A DNA stretch of 28,817 bases from Paramicrosporidium saccamoebae KSL3 (taxonomy: Eukaryota; Fungi; Cryptomycota). Location: contig MTSL01000201.1 of NCBI GenBank assembly GCA_002794465.1, positions 16,805 through 45,621 of the forward strand. Reading direction: 5' to 3'. This document shows positions 1 to 10,271 of the stretch, piece after piece. A program made the position numbers and the translations under genes. The stretch's first letter is position 1. Every line of letters starts with the position of its first letter. The notes beneath the pieces are model-generated. The model was given only the letters and a program-made list of their open reading frames with translations. It searched no databases and had not been told where the DNA came from.

Positions 1-10
1 GTCAAAAATG

Positions 11-3000
11 TTAGGTCGACGGATCGGTCCGACGATGGCCATGGATTGAAAATGTGTTCCTTCCTTGGCGACGTGGCGCCAATCCTCGCATCGGCGACTC
101 ATCGGTCTTTTGAGATTCCAGTACCAGTCTCCTCACCCTCTGCTGCTCCTTAATTTCCTTATCCCGTCCCGCTAGTGACGACTGCACAAATGAAACCTTG
201 GTTGGGTCAATGGCAAGCTCTTTGGTCACCGACTTGTTCTTCCTCTTGACGAGCATTTTGATGGCCACCGGTCCTTGGGTGGGAGAGGTAGGATAGAGTA
301 GAGATAGTGGGATGGGAGCATCAAAGACACCCGCACGACGTTCGAGCTTACGTTCCTCAAGACTGCTCGTCATCATTCCTGCCAGAGCCTTTTCAAAATC
401 GTCATCACGCGTTGTATTCGTTTGGGAGTACGCAAATGGCTCTTCCTCGTATTCCTCTGTTAATATCTCCGGCTCTGCATTAGGATCGTCAAGTAAATGG
501 GACAGAGTGCCATTCGATGCCTTTACAAGCCTTAGGATGGCTTCCGAGAGCTGCTTTGCCGGTCTCTTTCGATCGAGTTCCTCATAGGTGTCATACAGCA
601 GATACTCAATGTCCATGGAGACTTTGGTCTTGGTCGCTACATAATACTCGAAAAGGATCATGAACGATTCAAATGGAGCAGCCAACTCTTTCTCAATCAG
701 ATATGAGGCGCAGGTGCTCAGCAGTATGCAGATTAGTCGGATTCGGAAGTGATGATTCGGTGCATCGATAGGAGACGGCTGGACAATACGCGGTACCCCG
801 GGATGGCCAAAAGTGACCAACTGATAAAGTGCTGCAAAAATGACATCGGCCTCGATGACATTGTAGCAAAACAACTCTCCAAGATACTTTACACACGATG
901 TCAACCTCTGATTCAACTTGGACGAGTCCTTTTCCAACGACTGTCGAATCTCCTCCAAGAGACGGTCCACTAGATCAACCGCAAAGGACGGATAGCTGAT
1001 CGAAATGCTGCCCAACATGGCTGCCATCGAGGGAATATTGCTATATTTCACCTTCCAGACTTTCAGAAGCGCGCGCATCAGCTCGGATCGACACTCGCTG
1101 TCAGTCCACGGAAACTTTTTGATTTGGCAAAATACATGCTCTGAATTGGCTGGCTCTAGATCCACCCGTAACAAGTGAAACAGGTATCGCAGTCTAGCAG
1201 GCTTTTCACTCTTTGCAATTGCCACATGCTCTGGGGGATTGGAAATGTAGATTGCATTGCTGAGCATGACCATTTGATAGTGTTCCATCCCCTGATTCTT
1301 CTTCTTTTGAATTACCTCAAAGAGATTCACCAGTCTCTTGTGACTCTCAGGTTGGTGATACAGATATCTGCCGCATGACTCGAGCAAAAAAGTCGTCATT
1401 TCAATGTTATAGCCTGTCAAATCCTCCAAAATGGTCTTTTTCAACATTCCATAAGTTCTAGTTTGAGGCATTACTCGGAATTTTGTCAATTCGCCAATGA
1501 AGCGACAGACACGAGATCTCGTTCCAATGATAGGTTCAGGACGATGAAAGAGGAACACAAACTGGCCGACCAAAGAATCATAGACTGCAGAGGAGATGGT
1601 GGGAAAGTAGGGCTTTAACGTTGCCAAAAGACGACCAATGAATGGGAGCAAGTCAAGTCGCTTGTGGGGGAGATCAATCAGCGTCTCAGCAAGCCGATTT
1701 CTCATAGATTTGCTATTAATAAAGCAAAAATCAATGGCAGCCTGGTCAACAAGAGATCTACTTTGCATACTGCGTAGCTTTTCAAAAAACGCTGCAATAA
1801 TTGTTGCGCTCTTGTGATCCTCTGGAGAGAGTGCATCATTGGATGGCTTTTCAGCGACACTATCTGGATCGACATTGCTCACTCCGCTTAAATCTTCCAG
1901 CGATGCATCGGGAGTACCGAGAGATTCTGTGCTGAGGTTGGGAAGTAGTACTTCTGGAACTCGCTCTCGCAAGTCTATAATATCCTCATAGAACGAGCGC
2001 TCCTCCTCGCTGTCATAGATGGCACTCGGTTTGTCGCCCGACTTTATGGACAGATCGGCAAAAACAATCTTTCCCTCCACGAATTGTGCCACTTCCACCT
2101 CGGCAAGATCTGGCAAGCTAAGATTTAGAGTCTCGGCCAGAGTCTGCAAGTTGGTGCAAAGTTTTCCAAAGGCCTCTGTCGTTTCTTGTAGTTGACGGGC
2201 TTGCACCTGAGACAAATCGCCGCGCGTCTCGTAATGTTTCCTTCCTTTGGATTCCAAAGCGCCAAGCCGACTACAGGTCCTCACCAGCAGGCGACTCATG
2301 GCCTTGAAAAAATTTGTCAGAACGTTGTTAAATCTACTACGCCACTCTGCAGACACGAGTTGCTCATCATGGACAGAATACGTTGCCACAAAATACGCTC
2401 CAACGCCTTTTACAAAACTGGTTGCTAAGGGAACATGCAATGGTCCTTTGTCGTCATCCTCGGGTAGGAGGCGTTGGATGAATTTTAGAACAGCACCAGG
2501 ATCTTCAAGGATACCCACAAGATGAAGCTCGGCAACTAGCCTCAACAGCTGGCGCTGTCTAGTGAGCCAAACAACTCTCTCCTCTGTAGAGGTGGGCTCG
2601 GGCACTCCAAGTTCCTTCCTCAGTCCCTCTACGAAGAATGCATAGAACTCTGAATATCGCTGATAGAACAAGGATACAATCTACAGTTACAGCATGGCCG
2701 CCGGGACAGTTACCTCAACAAAGGCAAAAATGTCGCTGGAATTTTTCAACTTGTTGTCAAAGAGTGCTGCCGTGACCTCTGCAATATATTTGGAAAGTTT
2801 CAGTAATGTAAATTCAGCCGCAATGGACTCTAAATGTTCTGCAGTTATATTCTTTAGTCGCTTGATGTATGCGGTATTCTTCTTCAGGGATGAATCCAAG
2901 TTGACCAAATCGCCTTCATCTACACGATTATCAGGCCAGTTGAGCAGGAAATACTGGGTCTACTCTTTCTGGCGTCTGCATTTGCCTCGCGAAGAAAGAG

Positions 3001-3051
3001 ACGTCTCCCGTGACTAAACCTGGGGCCCGTTGGTGTCGATTGTGAAGACAT
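11..3051 (-). CDS. UPF2: Nonsense-mediated decay factor UPF2/NMD2 (MIF4G domains), 3 exons, ~990 aa
   Basis: Exon 1 starts at ATG 3051 (MSSQSTPTGPRFSHGRRLFLREANADARKSRP). Introns 2920-2954 (35 nt) and 2681-2713 (33 nt) join RPNEGDLVNLDSSLKKNTAYIKRL and FVEIVSLFYQRYSEF, both UPF2-like. YGELF/FIGEL-type MIF4G motifs are present, as is the C-terminal DDFEKALAGMM...IKMLVKRKNK UPF1-binding-type region. Spliced length 2973 nt is divisible by 3. Confidence 0.93.
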
Positions 3052-3202
3052 TTGCATTCACCCCGGATGTACTCATCTTTAATATAGCGGCAGTGTGTGA
3101 TTTGAATAACAGAAATATTTGGATGAGACTTTAATATGCTAATCATTGGGGCTGTGTGAGTTATGTTAAGGACAGGCTTCATTATTCTCCCTGGTCGTAG
3201 TA

Positions 3203-3916
3203 ATGAGTCGTCTCGATGAACAACTAATTCGGGTGGCGGCCTTTCTTCGCAAGTCTCCCACCGTCAAGACTAACGAGTGCATCATGGCCGAGAAGCGCGT
3301 CGACATTTTCAAAGGTACTCTCTCCTTCATTCTGACTGTAGGCACATCTGCCACCAAGGCTCTCCTTTCCCCGGAATATGCTGCGCAACGCCAACTGCCC
3401 TCTATTGGCACTCAAGAAGAGGCCACTGCCATTCTGCAAGAGCTCCTCAACGCTGGCCTTATACTACGCGCCAAGTCTGTTAATAATACTCGCTTCTTCC
3501 AGCCCGACCTCAGTCGCACGTGGTCTGACGATGCACTCTATGCTTGGATATATGAGGGCTCCCAATTCACTACGTTGATGGGGGCGGCAATTTTGCTGAT
3601 TGTCGTGTTGGGAGCCATGTTGTTCCCACTGTGGCCGCATGCTATCCGCTCAAAGGCCAGCTGGGTACTGAACGTTGTCATGTATTTGGCAATTGGATGC
3701 ATTGCTTTCCTCCTTGGGATCTCAGTGGTGCGCATGATATTTTATGTCATCACTTATTTTGCGGCGAAGCCTGGTATCTGGATATTCCCCAATCTGTGGG
3801 AGGATGTCGGTGTAATTGAATCGTTTATTCCCCTTTGGGATTGGGACAAGCCGGCCGCTGTGACAGCCTCATCCGCAAAGACGACTCCAACTACAGAAGA
3901 GCGCAAAAATGATTAA
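3203..3916 (+). CDS. SEC62: ER translocon subunit Sec62, with a probable 27-nt in-frame intron (3315-3341), ~228 aa
   Basis: RVDIFKG..ALLSPEY, two transmembrane segments with LFPLWP, and the WIFPNLWEDVGVIESFIPLW Sec62 signature. The insert GTACTC...CTGACTGTAG interrupts the conserved FKG-(T)SATKAL. Confidence 0.93.
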   Translation: MSRLDEQLIRVAAFLRKSPTVKTNECIMAEKRVDIFKGTLSFILTVGTSATKALLSPEYAAQRQLPSIGTQEEATAILQELLNAGLILRAKSVNNTRFFQPDLSRTWSDDALYAWIYEGSQFTTLMGAAILLIVVLGAMLFPLWPHAIRSKASWVLNVVMYLAIGCIAFLLGISVVRMIFYVITYFAAKPGIWIFPNLWEDVGVIESFIPLWDWDKPAAVTASSAKTTPTTEERKND

Positions 3917-3929
3917 ACATTGCTTTTAA

Positions 3930-4607
3930 ATGCTCCTGAAACCGTCAATATCTGTGCGACAAGCATTGACAGCAGCTCGTGGTGCTTTATCCAGTCACTG
4001 TAAGTTTTAAAATGCCGTCGGCTCATGCATCTAGTGAGGTGTGTTGAGCTATCCCGAATTCCGCAGTCGGCCCTTTTGGAAGACGTTTTGCGTCTATTCC
4101 GCAGTCCAGATTCCTCCGAGACGATTCCAGCACAGAGCGTACTGCGCATGTATCTTGACGACTTTCGTCCCACCGACCGATGGCTTGTGACATTTCGCAC
4201 CACAGAAAACGCCCGTTCTGCCTGCGATCAAGTTTCCGGTGCTGTAATGGCAACCAGCAGAGTAGCTGCCAGTCTTGTATCATTGTGTATCCCAGAGTAA
4301 CCCTTAGGTACCCGCCTCTACCATCGAGGGATACCGGGAACTGAATGGTCTAGTGGATGACCCGGGCCGGTGTTTGCGTTACACGGGATACCCTCCCGGG
4401 TTCGGGCAGTCTGATTTGCGCCAATATTTCAAGGATTACCGACTGGGCACCTTGGAGTCGCCCTTTAGACTAAACCCGAGCGGACGAGTGGCATTGATTG
4501 AATTTGAAAATAGAGCCGAGGCACATAGAGCATATCGCGATCTGACTGGAGTAAGACAAGCAAGTCCAACAGATGAATTTTACGCCCAGATCACTCTGTT
4601 GCAATAA
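3930..4607 (+). CDS. Orphan protein with a mitochondrial presequence-like N-terminus and two degenerate RRM-like domains, 3 exons, ~203 aa
   Basis: ATG 3930 gives MLLKPSISVRQALTAARGALSSH. Introns 4000-4034 and 4277-4307 join ORFs 4025 and 4353 in frame. RRM-like segments: RCVELSRIPQSALLEDVLRLF...WLVTFRTTENARSA and CLRYTGYPPGFGQSDLRQYF...ALIEFENRAEAHRAY. Confidence 0.65.
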
Positions 4608-4660
4608 ACTGTTGGGTATAAACCAGTGGGAGTATAAACTATTGAGTATAGCCGTTGATT

Positions 4661-4918
4661 GAAATGTGCAGAATTCATCACTACTATTCAAACAAGGTTG
4701 AAATGGACGAAATTCATCATTATCATTCAAATCAAGATTCAAATGGACAAACTTCATCACTACCATTCAAACAAGGTTGTAATGGACAGGATTTACCACT
4801 ATCATTCAATCAAGGTTGCAATGGACAGAATCCATCACTACCATTCAAACAAGGTTGAAATGGACAAAATTCATCATTATCATTCAATCAAGGTTGAAAT
4901 GGACAGAATTTATCACTA
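4661..4918. repeat. 39-bp minisatellite, ~6.6 copies, alternating A/B units
   Basis: Consensus GAAATGGACAGAATTCATCACTACCATTCAAACAAGGTT. Units start at 4661, 4700 (40 nt, +1 insertion), 4740, 4779, 4818, 4857 and 4896 (partial). Confidence 0.97.
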
Positions 4919-4923
4919 GTACA

Positions 4924-5640
4924 TTATTCGATCAAGGCCGTCTTTTTCCCCAGTTTCATTCCCTTTCCGGCACGGGTTGTTGTCTGGATTGATGGGCCTT
5001 GGGAAGGTTGCTGTGGTGCCAATGGTGGAGTGTTGAAGCTCATTGTGTCGTTTCGGGGGGAGACTGGCGAATATGCTCCCGGGTAAGCAATGCCCTTTCC
5101 AGCAGAGTTGCGTCGCGCCGTCTCCTTCTTGTCCATCTCAATCTGCTTGATTTTGCGTTTGGCCGCTTCTTTGGCTTCCTGCATTTTATTCTTGGCAATA
5201 ATCTCCTGCACAATCTCCTCCTGACTCTCCATGGCCAGGATGGTGTGCAGTTGTGACATGCTAACATTCTCCCGATAACCTAGGGAGACTACCTCGTCAA
5301 ATGCCAGTAGTATCTCCAAAGAATTATCCTGCAACGACATGGAGTCGTCTGCCGAGCCTCCATACTCGGCAACCACCCGGGTGAGCATGCGCAGAGTGTC
5401 CATATCTTGGAGAATGTTGCTCGCCTTGCTTGTAATAAGCACCAAATAATGTGCCTCCAGCGGCTGATAAATGAACCGGACTTTATCCGTTTCCACAAAT
5501 GTGTGCTGTTGTCCGGCTTGCAGGAGGCGCGGAAATTGTGTAAGGAGCGACTCAATGTGTTGTCTACTTACGCCCAGGAATTGCCGCGAGACTACTATTG
5601 CCCCGCTCCGAGTGCAGAGTGCCGCTGCCAGCAATACCAT
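4924..5640 (-). CDS. RET2: Coatomer delta subunit (delta-COP), longin domain plus helix only, 238 aa, no mu-homology domain
   Basis: MVLLAAALCTRSGAIVVSRQF, QHTFVETDKVRFIYQPLE, LLAFDEVVSLGYRENV, MESQEEIVQEIIAKNK and GKGMKLGKK are delta-COP/ARCN1 hallmarks. A TAA follows five residues after GMKLGKK, with no GT donor available to escape it. Confidence 0.93.
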   Translation of the reverse strand: MVLLAAALCTRSGAIVVSRQFLGVSRQHIESLLTQFPRLLQAGQQHTFVETDKVRFIYQPLEAHYLVLITSKASNILQDMDTLRMLTRVVAEYGGSADDSMSLQDNSLEILLAFDEVVSLGYRENVSMSQLHTILAMESQEEIVQEIIAKNKMQEAKEAAKRKIKQIEMDKKETARRNSAGKGIAYPGAYSPVSPRNDTMSFNTPPLAPQQPSQGPSIQTTTRAGKGMKLGKKTALIE

Positions 5641-5740
5641 TAGACTCTAGAAATTGGGAATGAGGTGCTATAGCGACGACCGAGCTTAGTGCCCCGTTGG
5701 TCGATTCTGGTTGGTCGGTGGTCATTTAGACGGGATTTTG

Positions 5741-6360
5741 ATGGCGCCGCCTGACACTGCTGGCGAACTCGCCCGTCGAGCCGCCGCTCAAGTGCTTCTG
5801 CTGGAGACACCGGTGCACACTGACGACTCTGACGTGCTGTTCCTCCTTGGCGAATTACTGACCCTAGGTACGGGTGTGGGTATGTCTGACGTCTAGTTAT
5901 CTTGAAAACCCTGCGACTCGCGGGTGCGCGTTCCCTGCACTCTAATCGCATGGAACTCAACATTTTTGATGTCATAAACAGTATCCGTAGTGTGCGGATG
6001 AACGCCACGCAATTGTATGCGTTCCTTGGGCCCCGCGTGTCACGACATAAGCTGACGTTGAAGCCTCCCACAGTAGCGCCGCTGGGGCGCAGTCTGTTGC
6101 GTGCATTTGGAGACGACGAGGATGAGGAAGAGAACCACGACCAAGCTCTTCGGCCGCCTAGTCTGCTGGACATTTATCCACCCTTCCCCCGACCCTACAC
6201 ATACCGTCGCACAGAGACGAGAGGTGTCCGGGAGGCAGACAAGGTTCTCATTGCCAAGGCAAAGGCTGAGCAACAGCGCCAAGTCGAGAGCAATTTGTAC
6301 CGATTACTCTCAAAGACAAATTCGCTTCGAGAGGTGGTGAACTTTGATGAGGATTCATAG
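5741..6360 (+). CDS. TAF8: TFIID subunit TAF8 (histone-fold plus TAF8_C), 2 exons, ~196 aa
   Basis: Intron 5868-5896 (GTACGG...CTGACGTCTAG) joins a BTP histone-fold N-terminus to IYPPFPRPYTYRRT...KAEQQRQVESNLYRL (TAF8 C-terminal motif). Confidence 0.82.
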
Positions 6361-6435
6361 TGTACGATAGTTACAATTTGGTAGTCATTTTCGGAATACA
6401 AGTTATAGATACACCAAGGGTGGGTGGTAGAGGGG

Positions 6436-7382
6436 ATGCAGGATGAGGTTACCGACGCCTCTGACTGGCCAAAGGCCGAGTTGAGAGAGTTTGAAAGAAA
6501 GCTGCGCTGTCCAATATGTCAGGATTTCTACAGGGCGGCCATGATGTTGCGCGGGTGCTCACATAATTGTACTGTCCATAAGTTGGATTGTGTAATACGG
6601 TAGTTTGCTCCTTGTGCATTCGTCGTTCCCTGACAAACAGCACAGAATGTCCCGTCTGTCGAAGCGTAGCAATCGCACCATGGCTTTGATTTCTAGGCTT
6701 CGTCCACAACCGACCTCGAAGTCAACAGAATCCTGGATGAGCTGGTTTTGGACTTTGTTGCGGTTCGACCCACACTATTGGCTGCTCTCGTTGCACCAGA
6801 AGCTACCACCTCATTGTCCCAGTCTTCACAAGGCAGCCAGGAACGACGCAAACGTAACCGTAAACAATTGGATGCCAACTTAATCGCGTGTCCGGTTTGC
6901 AGTAAGGAAGTGGCCGCTGACACTATCGAACGCCATGTTGACATGTGCTTGAGCGGGGCACCTGCAAGCCCCTCCACATCCACGATTAGGAGACGGATGA
7001 GCAAGCCGGTCTATAACCTTTTGAAAGATGCAGAAATTAAGCGTCTTCTTACAGAGCTCTCCCTGCCATCCACTGGTGATCGAGATGTGGGCTATTCTTG
7101 GTCATGTTCCTAACTTTTTAGGATTGGATCAAGAGGCATTCCGAGTTTTTGATGCTGCATAATGCAGAATGCGATGCTCTGAAGCCGAAATCAATGCAGC
7201 AGCTCCGAATTGAGCTTCGCAACATGGAGAGGGCATGGAAGAAGAAGCCTACGGTTGTTGACCTAGGCAAAGATGCCGATTTTGAACAAGAGGCCTCTAA
7301 TTATCGCAAACAAAATTCAGAGCACTTTCAATTATTGATCGACTCAGTTAGGAAGAAGACTGGTTCCAATAAACCTACATGA
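6436..7382 (+). CDS. RAD18: E3 ligase RAD18 (RING, UBZ4, SAP), 4 exons, ~281 aa
   Basis: Introns 6569-6603, 6666-6696 and 7087-7121 give RING CPICQDFY...CSHNFCSLCIRR...CPVCRS, UBZ CPVCSKEV..IERHVDMC, and SAP-adjacent WIKRHSEFLMLHNAECD. Frame intact. Confidence 0.92.
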
Positions 7383-7492
7383 TCATTCAGTTGTTAAAGG
7401 TAGCATACTGTGAGAGAGTTTATACTGGTTACATATCAGAGATAGCGGGTTATTATCAATACAGAGTTTGCTTTATTGGTGAAATATGCATT

Positions 7493-8860
7493 TTACTGTT
7501 CTTCGGGAACTTCCGGTACAAAGTCTCCACCGTCAGGAATCGGCGAAACATGATCCATTTCCAGATCCGCTCCCAGGCTCAGGTCTGGGACCGACACTTC
7601 CTGCCCGAAAAAATGGTACAGGGCCGGGTCCTTGACGGCATCCAAGAATGGTTGTACATTAACCACTAACTCTCGACGACTCATCACTCTTTTATGGTAG
7701 AGCGAGACGTATGGAATTTGGCGAATGCTGCCGGCCGAGGGCGTAGGTAAGGATGCGCGAAATGAAAAGTCTTGGTATAGCGGTACAGTGAATCGCCGAT
7801 CTCCATGTTTGCGAATCTCGTTAGGCACAGGTGCCTTTTGTCCTTCTGCAACGCTGTGGATGCCGCGTTCAAAATAGTTGGTGGAAAAGCTGGTTTGTCC
7901 TAAAAAGCTGGGATACATCAGATACCATCCTCGGAACAGCATCAACTCGATCAAAATTCGCTTCCAGGAACTAAACCATTCATTCGAGCGGGAATTGGGC
8001 GTCAGTGGAAAATTGGAAATTTGGGTACGGATGGCATAGTATCGCAAAAATTCCTTCCAGTATTTGGCGTGATAGATGGCACCCCAGCTGCATGGTAGCT
8101 GGAAATAGAGAAGACGATGGCGAGGTCCGATTGCATAAGTTGGATTCCATGTCGGCGGTGACCAGGCGTTTGGGGCAGGTCCAATCTCGTCAACACGGGG
8201 AGTGTAGAGGGAGCAACCCATCATCCCGTGATTCTCCCCCTCCACAAGTCGCTTGTATGTGGTCATTGACAAACAATAGAGGGAATACTCAAAAAATCCC
8301 ACTGCTACCTCCGTGTCGTCTTCCAATAGAATGGCATGCTCTTCGTCATCCTTTGGAGTCCAGCCTGACAAGATTGCAGTCGGCATTCCAAGTTTCTGCT
8401 GCCGGATATTGACAATCTTTGGTCCATGTGGCCACTTAAAGTCTTTTACATAGTTGACAACCAAGTTAAGAGGCTCACCGTCCACGTGAAAGTACAGCGG
8501 GACTTCATGGCCAGAGTATTGTGCTCGAAGCAGTGACTCACATAAACGACGGAGGGACTTTTCACGTCTCCAGGCAAAGACGTGGATGGAAATGCGCCAG
8601 CTCATACCATATGTTGCCTTTCCCCAGCGTTGCAACGTACTACTATTACGATATCCTTCGATCTCAAAGTCTTCATGCCCTCCAGGCGACAGCAATCTCG
8701 TCATCTCCGTATCTGTCAAGGCTGGGTGGTCGAGCATAAGATTTTCAGGGCGAATCCATGTCTTTGCTGTATTCCAGATTATTGGAACCCAGTCGAGGAG
8801 CAGAGTTACCAAGATGACAAACTTGATGCTATCTGGAATCACATTGCTAGACAGCTGCAT
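7493..8860 (-). CDS. Uncharacterised GT-A-fold glycosyltransferase-like membrane protein, 455 aa
   Basis: Hydrophobic N-terminal anchor; ISIHVFAWRREKSLRRLCESL; acidic ILLEDD motif; QLPCSWGA and LYPSF...STN motifs recalled from an uncharacterised plant/basal-fungal GT2-like family. The start codon is uncertain. Confidence 0.72.
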   Translation of the reverse strand: MQLSSNVIPDSIKFVILVTLLLDWVPIIWNTAKTWIRPENLMLDHPALTDTEMTRLLSPGGHEDFEIEGYRNSSTLQRWGKATYGMSWRISIHVFAWRREKSLRRLCESLLRAQYSGHEVPLYFHVDGEPLNLVVNYVKDFKWPHGPKIVNIRQQKLGMPTAILSGWTPKDDEEHAILLEDDTEVAVGFFEYSLYCLSMTTYKRLVEGENHGMMGCSLYTPRVDEIGPAPNAWSPPTWNPTYAIGPRHRLLYFQLPCSWGAIYHAKYWKEFLRYYAIRTQISNFPLTPNSRSNEWFSSWKRILIELMLFRGWYLMYPSFLGQTSFSTNYFERGIHSVAEGQKAPVPNEIRKHGDRRFTVPLYQDFSFRASLPTPSAGSIRQIPYVSLYHKRVMSRRELVVNVQPFLDAVKDPALYHFFGQEVSVPDLSLGADLEMDHVSPIPDGGDFVPEVPEEQ

Positions 8861-9082
8861 CGTCGATCACAAACAATATTATCCAAAAATGGTATCATGA
8901 AATACTCCAAAAGTCTCGGATTAATGCAGTTTTTGAAACCATCAAGTCATATCGCTATTCACTTTTTTCTTTGGTGTCTCATAGAGATTGCATTGACAAA
9001 AATACCTTACTATGCATCATGTCCCTGCCTCTGTGCAAAGAGAGGTCAGTCTGGCCGGGACCCCGGCTGTCCCATAGTCATA

Positions 9083-9375
9083 ATGGTAAGTGTTGTTTCC
9101 TACCTCGTACCCTCGAGAACCCGGTCCATCCATTGTTCTCGCGCTCCCTATGCCATTCTTCTTTGCAGAGTACTAATAATATGTAGGATAAAGTCGAATA
9201 CGCCCGCGTCCTCAAGTGTCTGGGCCGTACCGGCTCCCGTGGTGGTGTCACCCAGGTTCGCGCCGAACTCTTGGATACCCAACGCTCCATCGTCCGCAAC
9301 GTCGTCGGCCCCGTCCGTGAGAACGACATTATTACCCTGCTCGAGTCTGAGCGTGAGGCCCGCCGTCTCCGTTAA
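9083..9375 (+). CDS. RPS28: 40S ribosomal protein eS28, ATG followed by a 101-nt intron (9086-9186), 63 aa
   Basis: Not in the ORF track. Exon 2 reads [27 protein letters not shown]...[26 protein letters not shown]; splice signals ATG|GTAAGT...TACTAAT...TAG; strong C-ending codon bias. Confidence 0.97.
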
Positions 9376-9586
9376 ATGCTCGTTGCCTATCCATTCCATA
9401 TACAAGTGAACGAGTGATGCGAGTCGAATGAATAAATTTATATAATCTGAAGCGTCCTTTGCATCAAAGTTTGTGTCTTTGACATGTAGATTGTCTTGGT
9501 ATTATTATTGTGATTCGAACAATAATGATGTGTGCAGAATGAGGGGCACTCGAGGATTGGCCAACCCTTGTCAGATACTCGTCCAT

Positions 9587-10115
9587 ATGGTAAGTGTCCT
9601 TCCACCCTTTCATTATCCATCCATCCATATTTATCCTCCTTGAACGAGTAACTAACCATGTTTAGACTGATATTGACGCCGCTGAGCTTAAGAAGAAGCG
9701 TACCTTCCGCAAGTTCTCCTTCCGTGGAGTTGAGCTCGACGAGCTCCTTGCCATGCCCACCGAGAAGTTTGTGGAGATGCTCCACGCTCGTGCCCGCCGT
9801 CGCTTCCAGCGCGGAATCAAGGGCCGTTCCAACTCCTTGATCAAGAAGCTGCGCAAGTCCAAGGAGGCTGCCGCCGCTGACGGTGAGGGTAAGCCCGAGG
9901 TCGTCAAGACCCATTTGCGCGACATGATCGTCGTCCCGGAAATGATTGGGTCAGTTATTGGTGTTTACAATGGAAAGGTTTTCAACCAGGTCGAGATTAA
10001 GCCCGAAATGGTTGGCTTCTACCTTGGCGAGTTCTCCATCACTTACAAGCCCACTAAGCACGGAAAGCCCGGTATTGGTGCTACCCATTCTTCTCGCTTC
10101 GTCCCTCTCAAGTAA
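9587..10115 (+). CDS. RPS15: 40S ribosomal protein uS19 (S15), ATG followed by a 76-nt intron (9590-9665), 150 aa
   Basis: [20 protein letters not shown]...[16 protein letters not shown]...[18 protein letters not shown]; splice signals ATG|GTAAGT...AACTAAC...TAG. Confidence 0.98.
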
Positions 10116-10271
10116 GGCGACGACCATTGTTCTTCAATAAATACACTTATATTCGACCATGGCGCAATGATACAAGATTCCATTCACATGCAACAGTGTT
10201 TATTAGGGACGGGATTGGTATCTGGATAACAGTGCTACCAGGGTACCTCGAGACTCATCTTCCATCTCAAG

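Noticed and set aside
2931-3182. 83-aa ORF upstream of UPF2 as a separate gene
   Set aside because: It overlaps the true UPF2 exon 1 in another frame and the UPF2/SEC62 divergent promoter.
4661-4918. Minisatellite as a CRISPR array
   Set aside because: Units are contiguous with no unique spacers, the context is eukaryotic, and there are no cas genes.
4700-4923. Readthrough or selenocysteine extension of delta-COP: the repeat frame QPCLNGSDEFCPF is in register with it, and TGA replaces TGT in alternate units
   Set aside because: It lies behind a TAA stop, hits further stops and a frameshift in unit 2, and I see no SECIS evidence. The TGT/TGA alternation simply reflects the A/B dimer.
8582-9925. 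Long ORFs 8582-9409 (+), 9438-9914 (-) and similar antisense or alternative-frame ORFs across the window
   Set aside because: They are shadows of real genes with biased codon usage (RPS28, RPS15, RPP2, GT, GRS1, CUL2) and have no independent coding signal.
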